64,000 nucleotides of DNA. Source: Pseudomonadota bacterium (lineage in GTDB: Bacteria > Bdellovibrionota_B > Oligoflexia > Silvanigrellales > Silvanigrellaceae). The stretch is taken from contig JBDLRP010000039.1 of assembly GCA_039799905.1 (NCBI GenBank), positions 1 to 64,000 on the forward strand. Direction: 5' to 3'. Below are positions 41,243-50,926 of this stretch, piece by piece. The notes below the pieces were generated by a model that worked only from the letters and a program-made list of their open reading frames with translations, was not told where the DNA came from and did not search any database. The position numbers were made by a program, and so were the translations under genes. The first letter of the stretch is position 1; the number at the start of each line of letters is the position of its first letter.

Positions 41243-41301
41243 TCCTCCTAGAAACCGGCCGGCACTTCCTATGTGCGCAAGCCGACGGGTCTTCCTGACC
41301 C
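41243..41301 (-). promoter_or_regulatory. Putative CsrA/RsmA sites in the flagellin 5' leader
   Basis: Hairpins GGGTC-AGGAA-GACCC and GCAC-ATAGGAA-GTGC plus GGA in the RBS. Confidence 0.65.
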
Positions 41302-41559
41302 TGTGATGTAAAAAAACCCACATTCAATCAACGGAACCTGTACGAGGTGTCTTTCCTTGCACAATACGCCCGGACAATGTCCTTTGAACCGGCCGCCAAA
41401 AGTTGATTGACTTTCTGTCCTTGGGATCGGAGCATGTTGGCTTGTTATAAACGGTTAAAAGCTGCAGGGGCTGTCGGACCTCCGACAGGCCGACGGAATT
41501 GCAACTTGCAACGGCTTACAGCAGTGCCCTTTTTCCACGGATGGAGAGAGCAAAAGTCT

Positions 41560-41820
41560 ATGGGACAAGCGACAAACTCAGACGCTGCGCGCAGACACCC
41601 CTGGCGAGGCCAGCTGCTTGCCGTGAGGCAATATTTATACGTCGTAGAAGGCAGACCATTTTCAATTGAGGTGCAGGAGACCAAGTCGGGTCACCTGACA
41701 GCGCATGCCGAGAGCACCTCCGACCCTCACGAAGCGATTCACTCGCAGTCCGCAACCAACCTTGACGATGTTCTCAAAGCAATCACCAACGAGATAGATA
41801 CAAAGGTGTGCAAATGGTAA
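41560..41820 (+). CDS. Small hypothetical protein (86 aa)
   Basis: GGAGAGAG RBS before ATG 41560; overlaps the next gene. Confidence 0.65.
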   Translation: MGQATNSDAARRHPWRGQLLAVRQYLYVVEGRPFSIEVQETKSGHLTAHAESTSDPHEAIHSQSATNLDDVLKAITNEIDTKVCKW

Positions 41821-43085
41821 CAGCAGGTATCGACAGAATCGTTCATGAGCCGCAACTTCTTGCCAATTTGGGCCGCATTGGTCTTGTCACCAATCAGGCC
41901 TGTACCACGCAGGATTACCAGCCCACCGTGCAGGTGATTGTTAACGCCCTTAAAAATAGCAAAAACTCAACACTGTCGTGTGTCTTTGGCCCGCAACACG
42001 GCTACGGACAGACCGAACAAGACAACATGATTGAAACCCCCGACAGCGAGCTGACCATCGCCGACGGAAAACGCGTTCCGCTCTTCAGCCTTTATTCAAA
42101 GACCCGTATCCCCACGCCCGAACAGCTTGCGGACGTCGACACACTGGTGCTCGACCTTCAAGACGTCGGCTGCCGCGTCTATACTTACATGCTTACACTT
42201 GCGGGATGCATGAGAGCCGCTCAAAAAGCGGGAAAGCGTGTCGTCGTTCTCGACAGACCCAACCCCCTGGGACTCAGCCGACAGAAAAAACGCGGCTCCC
42301 TGACACAGGGAAATTGCCTCGACTTGAAATGGGAAAGCTTCGTGGGCTGGTATTCCATTCCGATGCGACATGGCCTTTCGATGGGCGAACTGGGTAAATT
42401 TTTCCACGCCGAAGACAAGATGACCATTCCCTATGACGTCATCACCGTCGCAGGACTCAGCAGAAACACCCCGCTGAAAGAATTGGCTCAAAGGCGCTGG
42501 ACTCTGCCGAGCCCCAACCTGCCGACCTGGGAAACCACCTTTTGTTTTCCTGCATTCGTTGCGCTCGAGACGACCCAGATGAGCGAAGGCCGTGGTTCGA
42601 CACTCCCCTTTCAGACCGTCGGCGCGCCCGACCTGCCCGTCCAAAAGATTCTCTCCATCTTTGACAACTGGAACACATCGGCTCCGCAAGAGTACCGCTT
42701 TGCGGGTCTGAGATACCGCGCCCATGAATTTCGCCCGACCTTCAACAAGCACCAAGGAGCGCTCTGCAAGGGATTCCAAGTGCATGTCGACCAGCCTGAC
42801 GATTGCCACACGTTTGCGCTGGGAGTTCTCTTCCTTGCAGCTGCCTCGGCTGAATATGGAAAGTTCGAGTGGAAAGGACCCGGTTACGAATACAACTTCA
42901 AAGATCCGCCGGTTCACCTTGTGCTCGGCGACCACCGCTGGAAGGAATTCATCGATTCTCTGAGAGGAAAAGGCTGGTCTGAAAACGTCCGCTCGGGACT
43001 CATCGACATGCTGCGCTGGTCTGAAAAAGACGCGCAGCATTTTGAGGAAAAGGCGGCCGCGGCGCATCTCTATTCAGAAAACTGA
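41808..43085 (+). CDS. namZ: Exo-beta-N-acetylmuramidase NamZ family (DUF1343)
   Basis: GLVTNQ, FGPQHG, DLQDVGCRVYTY, LDRPNP, RHGL.MGEL, PSPNLP and SEGRG motifs. Confidence 0.9.
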   Translation: MQMVTAGIDRIVHEPQLLANLGRIGLVTNQACTTQDYQPTVQVIVNALKNSKNSTLSCVFGPQHGYGQTEQDNMIETPDSELTIADGKRVPLFSLYSKTRIPTPEQLADVDTLVLDLQDVGCRVYTYMLTLAGCMRAAQKAGKRVVVLDRPNPLGLSRQKKRGSLTQGNCLDLKWESFVGWYSIPMRHGLSMGELGKFFHAEDKMTIPYDVITVAGLSRNTPLKELAQRRWTLPSPNLPTWETTFCFPAFVALETTQMSEGRGSTLPFQTVGAPDLPVQKILSIFDNWNTSAPQEYRFAGLRYRAHEFRPTFNKHQGALCKGFQVHVDQPDDCHTFALGVLFLAAASAEYGKFEWKGPGYEYNFKDPPVHLVLGDHRWKEFIDSLRGKGWSENVRSGLIDMLRWSEKDAQHFEEKAAAAHLYSEN

Positions 43086-43099
43086 GGTAGCAAGCAAGA

Positions 43100-45181
43100 A
43101 TGTATTCGCACAAACGATCATTCACAGGGCAATCATCGCGCTCTTTGGCTGCGCTCATCGACCCGCCGTTTCTTATATTCGGACTGGTCGCGGCTGCGAT
43201 TTTCTCGGTTGCCCACTCTGCGGTGACCTATCTCAAGGTTCACCACCACGTCCGTTCTCTGCCGGTTCCGCTCGAGAATTTTGATCTGTCAGCCATGCGA
43301 AACATTCTGCAAACAAATGCAAGCGTGCTGGACTTTCAAATCATCCTTTCGACGTGGATCGGTTTGATTATTCCGCTGATCGTTTTTGCCACCGCCATCC
43401 GTTGGACGCTGGCATCCCTGAGAGTCTCGGTGCAGCGATTGGTCACCATCGGTACGCTGAGCACCTTCTACTTTTGCAGCTTCATGACAATTGCGCTTGC
43501 CAATACAGATTGGACACCCGGCAACCGGCTTTTGAGCATCTTTTCTCCGTTTGGAACAAATTTCTTTCAAAGTGTGAGAGCCCTTTTGTGCCTTGCCGTG
43601 GCCATCGGCTGCCTTGTCACCCTGACAAAAAACGCCACCTCAAAGTTTAACCGCAACATGCGCTGGTTCGCTGCACTGGTGATTTTGCTGTCCACAATCA
43701 CGGTCGATTATTTCCACTCGCAAAGGCGTCGGGGCATCCACAGCTCCTATATGCGCGCACCTGCTTCGGTGCAGTTTATTTTCGTCATCCCCGGCCTGCG
43801 TCCGGTCGATTTGCAAAAATCTCTGCGGACGGAACAACTCAACGAGCTGCGCAACCAGCTCAGCTCCTTTCAGGAAGTACACCCCGGCACGCCCAGTCTA
43901 TTGGGACAATTTGTGACATCGATGCTCGGGCTGGAAGCCAACACTCACGGCATTCGCCACGATTTCACCGACCCGAGAATTCTCTCACAAACTTGGAATT
44001 CGATTGTAGAGAAGTCGTTCCCCAAAGGACATCAGGTGTATGCGACTTCCATCGGCGGACCTTCGCCGCTCGATTCGCTTGTCGGTGGCGAAACAGATGG
44101 CAAACGTTGCGGTCAGACACCGAAACAACTGGCCAAGCTGGGCCACTTTCAGGCATCAGTCATTCCCTACGCGTTGACTCCCAAAATAGTCGAGTCTGTG
44201 CTTATACCTGAAGTCGACTGCACCAACCGATTTCTCACCCTGCAGCAGCACCTTGCACAAGTTCAGGAGAGAATGACCGACACACTGCGCTCGCAGGGGC
44301 TGAGAACATTTCTTGTCTGGCTGGCACCCACCCTGCGCAATCATCATTCCAATGAGGCGTCGGGGCCCGCTGACTATGAAAGCTGGGAACAGCAGACCAA
44401 GAATATTTATGAGATTCTGCGCTCCCACAAACAGTTTTTGAACACGACGGGACTCACGGCATTTCATCAGACGTTTTTCGTCGGACTTTCGACTCCGGAA
44501 AGTGGAACAGCGGCATTCGTCAGATTCGACGGACAAACAAAATCACAGCTCACCGACCTGACGCTCGACTCGCCCGGCCAGCTCGGACAGATCTCGGTTG
44601 CAGATTTGCTGAGGACCCAGTCTACTGCCGAGATGAGTGATTCACCTTTCTTTTATTCAGAATTCACAGATACCCAAACGCCAGAAAATATCAGTTCACT
44701 GGCGCCTGAACTCAAGTACAACGGAGCAAACCCGAAAATTCAGGCGCGATTCCTCATCAATTCTGATCTACTGAGAAAAGCCATCGTCAATTCAAAACGA
44801 CACGTCATCTGCCAGAATGTAGCCTCGCCGACGGGACATCGACTTCTTGTCAAGGTGAGCCTCAATTTGCGGGCCACCGAGAACCGCCTGCCAGAACTCA
44901 CCTACGAAGATTTTCAATTCGAAAATCTGCCCTCTCCGGAAAATCAGTTGAAGCTTGATGACTGTTTGAAAAATGCGCGGGAAATTCTCACCGCGAGCGT
45001 TGCAAAGGATGTGTCTTTGCGCGACAGCTCCGCCTTCAAAACGCTGCTCACGGGCCTTCCCGTAAAGTCGGTTAGAATGCTGACAGAGCCTTTGGAAACA
45101 AGCAGCGAGAGCGAAGACGAAGCATTCGACAGGGATACATCTGCTGTCCCGACCATGCCCGATGAGGAGCAAGAGGAATGA
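43100..45181 (+). CDS. Membrane protein with a degenerate sulfatase/LTA-synthase-like domain
   Basis: About five N-terminal TM segments, then FIFVIPGLRP and TSMLG....THGIRH resembling sulfatase motifs. Confidence 0.55.
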   Translation: MYSHKRSFTGQSSRSLAALIDPPFLIFGLVAAAIFSVAHSAVTYLKVHHHVRSLPVPLENFDLSAMRNILQTNASVLDFQIILSTWIGLIIPLIVFATAIRWTLASLRVSVQRLVTIGTLSTFYFCSFMTIALANTDWTPGNRLLSIFSPFGTNFFQSVRALLCLAVAIGCLVTLTKNATSKFNRNMRWFAALVILLSTITVDYFHSQRRRGIHSSYMRAPASVQFIFVIPGLRPVDLQKSLRTEQLNELRNQLSSFQEVHPGTPSLLGQFVTSMLGLEANTHGIRHDFTDPRILSQTWNSIVEKSFPKGHQVYATSIGGPSPLDSLVGGETDGKRCGQTPKQLAKLGHFQASVIPYALTPKIVESVLIPEVDCTNRFLTLQQHLAQVQERMTDTLRSQGLRTFLVWLAPTLRNHHSNEASGPADYESWEQQTKNIYEILRSHKQFLNTTGLTAFHQTFFVGLSTPESGTAAFVRFDGQTKSQLTDLTLDSPGQLGQISVADLLRTQSTAEMSDSPFFYSEFTDTQTPENISSLAPELKYNGANPKIQARFLINSDLLRKAIVNSKRHVICQNVASPTGHRLLVKVSLNLRATENRLPELTYEDFQFENLPSPENQLKLDDCLKNAREILTASVAKDVSLRDSSAFKTLLTGLPVKSVRMLTEPLETSSESEDEAFDRDTSAVPTMPDEEQEE

Positions 45182-47655
45182 GCCGGAAAACCAAACTTCG
45201 CTCAGTCAAACGCGGATCCAAGAGTGTTGACTGGGAAACGGTCATTTTATTGTGGACGATTGCCATCGCGGGCGTCGTTGTTCTGGCAATCGTTTTCTCT
45301 ATGGGTTCGCGCAGGGCTGACACCGACGGCGCGGGAATTTCGTATTTTGACCAGCTCCGCAACCGCGTGAGAGGCTGGCAAGCACCGTTCGTCGCTCATC
45401 AGAAGCAGAACATCCCCGACTCGCGCACGCATTCCGGTTTTCATTTCCAATGGAATCAGAAACTGAATCCGCCCAACTGGAAGCTTGAGCAAAAACAGGG
45501 CGTGGATCGAAACGCGGACGTGTTGAATATTTTAAAAATTGGCCGCGCCAAGGTGACGCTCCATCAGCTCTCGGATCGCCCGGAGCTCTTTGAACTGCGT
45601 GAAACTCTATCAAAAGATGGCAGCGCGCTGGTCAGCAAACGAATTCTTCCCCTTCTTCCTGGTGAGCAACTCGCACTCAGTTATTCTTCGCTCGCCAATT
45701 CAAAACTTTGGAAATTAAGGCTGCGTACCATCGGCACCACTCAGGACCGTCTGGATGCTCCGCTCAAAATTCTCCACGGTTTTGATGGAGTGGAACCGAC
45801 ACAACTTGATGTCGATCCACGCGGGACGGCAGTCGACCTCGACATCCCGAGTGCCGGTGAATTCGCTCGAAACGGGGCGAAAATTTTTCACATCCAGTGG
45901 CCGGAAACGGCATCCGGACTGCTCTCGGTTGAGGGGCTGCAGTTGCCCGCTCCCGAAAACGAGCAGCGCGCGGGTCATTTGCGGACATTGATTGTGCATC
46001 TGGATAAATTGGATCATTCGCTGACCGCATTGAACCAAACACTCGCAGCTCTTAAAAAGGCGACCGCCTCAAGGCATTCGACGATTCATCTCAAGCAGGT
46101 GATTCCGCCGACCGAAGATCCGCTGCTGTCGCAAAAGTCGCTGTTGACTTGGCGCACGCCGGTCGAACTCGGTGCAACACTCAGCAACGGCGAGCTGAAA
46201 ACGTTTGTGAACTCTGAACCGACACTGTTGAAGAAATATTCGGCACGCGGCGGTTCTGTCAGACGCATGACAATTTCACCGTCGGCTGAGCGCTGCAAAA
46301 ACGATTGTTCCATTCGCCCTGCGAGTGATTCTTGGGCCGATGATTTCAGCTCGTCCGTTGCGGTCAGCCGCCGCGACGAAATAAGTTCGCTCACATCGCT
46401 TGTCCGTAAAGATGCATTTTTCAATGATGCAGGCCTTCTCTTGGTTGACCTGCAGTTTCCCGCCGAGGAACTGCGTCTCAACTGGACGACGGCATTCAGG
46501 TCCGACCTCTCTTTCCTGCATTGGGTACACGCGGGATTACGCAGCCTTGCCGGACTTCCGACTGACAAGTTTAATCAGGCTGAAAAAACAGCTCAGACCG
46601 ACGCATTGCTGGCTCAAGTGATCGAATCTTTTTTCGCCACATCCAGCCGCGCAAACGTTGCTATTTTTCTGCATAAGAAACCCGAAAAAAGCAAACCTGC
46701 CGACTCCTTGGCAACGCACGCGGAGTCATCTGAACTTGCGCAGGGCGAAGCGCTCTTGAGCATGCTGAGCCCCAGCGAGGACGATACCGCGACAAAAGAA
46801 CTCACAGCGATTGACAGAAAAATTTCGCTACTGAATGTCATAAAGCTGTTTGAAAAATTGAGTTATCCGAAGGATGAGCCCGAAGAGCTTGCAGCGCTGA
46901 CGGATGAACTCGCCATCGACGCAGCACCGGTCACTCAGCTCAACAAGAGCACGCTCACAACCCTGACGACGCAGGGATGGCTCAAAGACCCCTTGCCGAA
47001 TCTTGAGAATCGCAGCGGCGGAGCAATATTCTCGGCCAAACCAGCAGAGACCTACTCCGTTCAGGAAAAGGCGCAGTCGGAGCGCAGGCGCTCGCGGCTC
47101 AACAGTTTGCATTTGCTGCTGCCAAACAACAATGAAAAAGACGAAGCACTCTCGCTCACTCTGCAAACCAATCTCAAGCCGCTCGCCTGTGAGTCTGAGA
47201 GTGAGCACGCGCAGCTTGAGCCGCGGTCTGCAGAAACGGCCCCAACCCCCGACAAACTGCAAACCTATAAAATTCTTGGCCGGCGCAACGCACAGAGCCA
47301 GTGGCACGTTCACTGCCTGCTGGACGGACGAATCACCACCAACACACGGCTGAGAATTGTCGCGCGTCTGAACAACGAATCAATTGCCCGCGACCGGATT
47401 GGATTGGGCGAGTTCTCACTTCCCGTGCGCGGCTTTCTTTGGCGCTCCCCGGAAACTTTGGAACTCACCGGTGCGCAGATTCTTGATGCCACTTCGGCAG
47501 TAAGTTTTGCGGACAAAGATTCAGCCAAACAGACGTCAGTCGTCATTTGGACAGACTCCGTGCCGACGAGCATCGAAAAGCCGCGGGCCGTGTTTGCGAC
47601 TCCGGAGGTGCCCGTCGCATCGCCAGCCAAAGAAGAGCGATTGAGCGGAAAATAG
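45178..47655 (+). CDS. Large membrane-anchored hypothetical protein, degenerate sulfatase-like core
   Basis: Single N-terminal TM; LIVHLDKLD and SQKSLLTWRTPVELG resemble sulfatase motifs. ATGA coupling. Confidence 0.5.
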   Translation: MSRKTKLRSVKRGSKSVDWETVILLWTIAIAGVVVLAIVFSMGSRRADTDGAGISYFDQLRNRVRGWQAPFVAHQKQNIPDSRTHSGFHFQWNQKLNPPNWKLEQKQGVDRNADVLNILKIGRAKVTLHQLSDRPELFELRETLSKDGSALVSKRILPLLPGEQLALSYSSLANSKLWKLRLRTIGTTQDRLDAPLKILHGFDGVEPTQLDVDPRGTAVDLDIPSAGEFARNGAKIFHIQWPETASGLLSVEGLQLPAPENEQRAGHLRTLIVHLDKLDHSLTALNQTLAALKKATASRHSTIHLKQVIPPTEDPLLSQKSLLTWRTPVELGATLSNGELKTFVNSEPTLLKKYSARGGSVRRMTISPSAERCKNDCSIRPASDSWADDFSSSVAVSRRDEISSLTSLVRKDAFFNDAGLLLVDLQFPAEELRLNWTTAFRSDLSFLHWVHAGLRSLAGLPTDKFNQAEKTAQTDALLAQVIESFFATSSRANVAIFLHKKPEKSKPADSLATHAESSELAQGEALLSMLSPSEDDTATKELTAIDRKISLLNVIKLFEKLSYPKDEPEELAALTDELAIDAAPVTQLNKSTLTTLTTQGWLKDPLPNLENRSGGAIFSAKPAETYSVQEKAQSERRRSRLNSLHLLLPNNNEKDEALSLTLQTNLKPLACESESEHAQLEPRSAETAPTPDKLQTYKILGRRNAQSQWHVHCLLDGRITTNTRLRIVARLNNESIARDRIGLGEFSLPVRGFLWRSPETLELTGAQILDATSAVSFADKDSAKQTSVVIWTDSVPTSIEKPRAVFATPEVPVASPAKEERLSGK

Positions 47656-47665
47656 GAGCACGGCA

Positions 47666-49246
47666 ATGGCGACTCGCAGAGCATTCACGCAACAGGGTGA
47701 ACTGCTGAAACTCTCCGGCGATACATTCTCCATCAAGGAAGAATTGAAGAAACTCGGCGCCCGCTACGACGGCGGGCAGAAATGTTGGTTTGTTTCGCAC
47801 GCCGAACAAACTCTCAAGAAACTCGAATTTCTAGGATTCCTGCCCGCCCCTGCGACTCCTGAATTACCCAGGCAACCCGCTGCTGATGGACAACTCGCTC
47901 AACCGGTCGAAGAGACAGAAGGTGCCGAGCAGACATGGACGGTCGCGCAGTTCACTCTTTTTGTCGACAAGATATTCCGCCAGCATCTGAGCTTTGATTT
48001 CTGGATTGTCGGCGAGGTTTCTTCACTGAAGTCATCGGGCGGCCACGTTTATTTTGATTTGACCGAACCTGTGGCCGACGATCAACGTGCCCTGAACTCA
48101 GGACGGGCGGTGTCTGTCTCGTGTTGCCTGTGGGCGGGAAAGGTGCGGCTGCTTGCTGACAAGTTGAACGACTTTCCACTTGCGGACGGAGTTCGCGTCC
48201 GTTTGAAGGTCAATTGCGACTTCCGCCGCGAGGGCTCGCGGCTCAGCCTGATCGTCAACGACGTCGATCCGCAATTCACACTTGGCGATCTCGCGCTCAA
48301 ACGGCAGCAAATCGTGCGCGAATTAAAGCGACGTGGATTGTATGACCGGCAACGGATGCACAGCAGATGGCCCGAACTGCCGCTGCGGATTGCCCTCATC
48401 ACCGCCGCCGGCTCACGTGCACAAACCGACTTCATGAACGAACTTGCCTTGTCACACCTCGCGTTCAGCGTGACGCTCTTTGATTGCTTCATGCAGGGCG
48501 ATCATGTGCGCGCAAGCGTCACCGAATCACTTGCCATGATTGCCTCGGGCGCTCAGGGGAGCTTTGATTGCATCGTGATCACCCGTGGGGGCGGTTCAAG
48601 ACTTGATCTGCGCTGGTTCGACGACCTCGATATCTGCAAGGCGATTGCCTATGCCGATTGTCCCGTGATGACCGCTATCGGGCACTTTGAGGACGTCAGC
48701 ATCGCAGACGAAGTCGCCTCGCTTGCAGAAAAAACTCCGACCGCGGCGGCCCGCTTTTTGGTCAACAAGGTTGCAAGCGGATTTGAACGGCTGCTCGGCG
48801 GACTCGAACGCGCAGCGCGCCTTGCGCAACACAAAATTCAGCGTGAAAGGCAAATTCTGGACAGAATCGACCTGCGTTTGGAGCAGTCGGCGAAAACCAG
48901 ACTTTCGCGTGAATCCGACAAGCTGCACACCGCTCTGCGCGCATTGAAACTGGTTCAGAACACGGCCGCCCGCCCGCTCCGCATGGGCTACACATTCCTG
49001 CGCGCTGGCAAACTTTCGGACTCGGGTCAAAGTGACCGCCACATCACGGCAGATGACTTTCTCACATCTGCTCCACCGCAGAGCGTCGAGGCTCAATTGT
49101 GGAGTGCAAAGCATAACGCCCAAGTTTTAGTCGAAATGAGTGTCGTGTCTGTCCGGCAGCTGCCCTTGCCTGTCGACGTGTTGGAGTCCATGGTGGATAC
49201 AAAGCAGACACCCCAATCTTCATCACAGGAACCCCATGGAAGATAA
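47666..49246 (+). CDS. xseA: Exodeoxyribonuclease VII large subunit
   Basis: WIVGEVS...SGGHVYF, ITRGGGS..DL..FD, TAIGH.ED and KTPTAAA motifs. Confidence 0.92.
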   Translation: MATRRAFTQQGELLKLSGDTFSIKEELKKLGARYDGGQKCWFVSHAEQTLKKLEFLGFLPAPATPELPRQPAADGQLAQPVEETEGAEQTWTVAQFTLFVDKIFRQHLSFDFWIVGEVSSLKSSGGHVYFDLTEPVADDQRALNSGRAVSVSCCLWAGKVRLLADKLNDFPLADGVRVRLKVNCDFRREGSRLSLIVNDVDPQFTLGDLALKRQQIVRELKRRGLYDRQRMHSRWPELPLRIALITAAGSRAQTDFMNELALSHLAFSVTLFDCFMQGDHVRASVTESLAMIASGAQGSFDCIVITRGGGSRLDLRWFDDLDICKAIAYADCPVMTAIGHFEDVSIADEVASLAEKTPTAAARFLVNKVASGFERLLGGLERAARLAQHKIQRERQILDRIDLRLEQSAKTRLSRESDKLHTALRALKLVQNTAARPLRMGYTFLRAGKLSDSGQSDRHITADDFLTSAPPQSVEAQLWSAKHNAQVLVEMSVVSVRQLPLPVDVLESMVDTKQTPQSSSQEPHGR

Positions 49247-49481
49247 CAAAGCCGCGTCTTTTAAGGATTTACAAAGCCAGCTCCAGCGTATCCTGGGAAC
49301 ACTCGAGCAGGACTCGACGTCGCTCGATGAAATAGCGGTCCTGCTCAAGAGCGGGTTTGAGACTGTGGATGCGCTCAGGGCCCGACTGGGCGAAACCGAG
49401 GCCCAGATTGAAAACATCATTTCGCTCCGGCACAACAGCAGCGCCGGTCTGATCGACAAAAACGAAGGAGAATCACTCTGA
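49236..49481 (+). CDS. xseB: Exodeoxyribonuclease VII small subunit
   Basis: SF...L..IL..LE....SLDE...L...G pattern, directly after xseA. Confidence 0.8.
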   Translation: MEDNKAASFKDLQSQLQRILGTLEQDSTSLDEIAVLLKSGFETVDALRARLGETEAQIENIISLRHNSSAGLIDKNEGESL

Positions 49482-50926
49482 TGGCTGATGTGCTCAATTC
49501 AACACGGACTAAAATTGTCTGCACGCTCGGACCATCGAGCAGCAACCGCGAAATGATTGCGGCCCTGATGGATGCGGGCATGAACGTGGCGCGGCTCAAC
49601 TTCTCGCACGGCGAGCACAGCACACACGCCCAGAACATCTCGATCATCCGCGAGCTTTCGCGTGAAAAGAACAAACCCATAGCCATTCTGCAGGACTTGC
49701 AGGGTCCAAAAATCCGCGTCGGCAAGCTGCGCGGCGGCTCGGTCACACTGACCAAAGGCCAGCACATCACTCTGATGTTCGGACTCGAACAAACCGACGA
49801 CAACATTCCTATCGATTACCGTGAACTCGCTGCCGATACACATGTCGGTGCGCAAATCCTGCTCGACGACGGACTTCTCGGCATGAAGGTCGTCGGAATC
49901 CGAGACGCGCTCGTGGATTGCGAAGTGATTCACGGCGGTCTGCTCAAGTCGCGCAAAGGCGTAAACTTTCCCGACAGCAACCTTTCGATTCCCTCAACAA
50001 CAGAAAAAGACACCCGCGACCTGCTGTTCGGAGTTGCGCAGGGTGTCGACTACGTTGCCCTCTCGTTTGTCCGTACCGCGGGTGACGTTCAGAAACTCAA
50101 ACAAATGCTGCGCGCGCTTGGCTCCGACATTCCTGTTGTTTCCAAGATCGAGATGCTGAGCGCCGTGGAAAACATCGACGACATCTGCAAGGTGTCGGAT
50201 GCCATCATGGTTGCCCGCGGAGACCTTGGGGTTGAGTGCGGATTTGCAAATGTTTCGGCCTACCAAAAACGCATCGTGCGCTCGGCGCGCTCGCACGGCA
50301 AGCCGGTGATTGTTGCAACACAGATGCTTGATTCGATGATCGAAAATCACGTTCCGACGAAGGCAGAAATCTCAGACGTCGCCAATGCGGTTTTTGATTT
50401 GGCTGATGCGACAATGCTCTCGGGCGAATCGGCTTCTGGCCGGCATCCGAGCCACGTGGTCAATACAATGCGCGACATTCTCAGCCGTGTTGAAGAGTCT
50501 GGAATGCTGCTGCCGGCCGATGAAAATGCGCGGCTGTTTAAATCCCACGCAACGCCTGAAGTGGTGGCGCGCACGGCTGCGGAACTCGCCGACTCGTGCA
50601 AGGCATCTGCCATCGTCTGTCTGACTCTGACGGGCAACATCGCCCGCACTGTCGCCAAGTATCGCCCGCGCACTCCGGTTGTCGCACTCAGCCCGCGCCC
50701 CGACGTTGTCCGCAAGCTGAGCCTTGTCCGCGGAGTTGTCGGCGTCCAGAACACGATGTTCTTCGACACCGACGGCGCTCTGCATGAAATTGCAAAATCT
50801 ATCGTACAGAAGGGGCTTGCCCGCGAAGGCGACCTGCTGGTCATCACAGGCGGAATTCCATTGGCATCGATGCAGCCGACGAATCTCATCAAGCTGCACC
50901 GTATCTCAAAAGAGGACGTACTGTGA
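49481..50926 (+). CDS. pyk: Pyruvate kinase
   Basis: TKIVCTLGP, RLNFSHG, MVARGDLG, ATQMLDSM and MLSGESA motifs. Confidence 0.97.
   Translation: MADVLNSTRTKIVCTLGPSSSNREMIAALMDAGMNVARLNFSHGEHSTHAQNISIIRELSREKNKPIAILQDLQGPKIRVGKLRGGSVTLTKGQHITLMFGLEQTDDNIPIDYRELAADTHVGAQILLDDGLLGMKVVGIRDALVDCEVIHGGLLKSRKGVNFPDSNLSIPSTTEKDTRDLLFGVAQGVDYVALSFVRTAGDVQKLKQMLRALGSDIPVVSKIEMLSAVENIDDICKVSDAIMVARGDLGVECGFANVSAYQKRIVRSARSHGKPVIVATQMLDSMIENHVPTKAEISDVANAVFDLADATMLSGESASGRHPSHVVNTMRDILSRVEESGMLLPADENARLFKSHATPEVVARTAAELADSCKASAIVCLTLTGNIARTVAKYRPRTPVVALSPRPDVVRKLSLVRGVVGVQNTMFFDTDGALHEIAKSIVQKGLAREGDLLVITGGIPLASMQPTNLIKLHRISKEDVL

Noticed and set aside
41340..41400. Sigma-28 promoter for flagellin
   Set aside because: Only a weak match to TAAA-N15-GCCGATAA, so it cannot be supported.
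40135..43067. ORFs 40135-40968 (+) and 42096-43067 (-)
   Set aside because: Antisense shadows of fliC and namZ.
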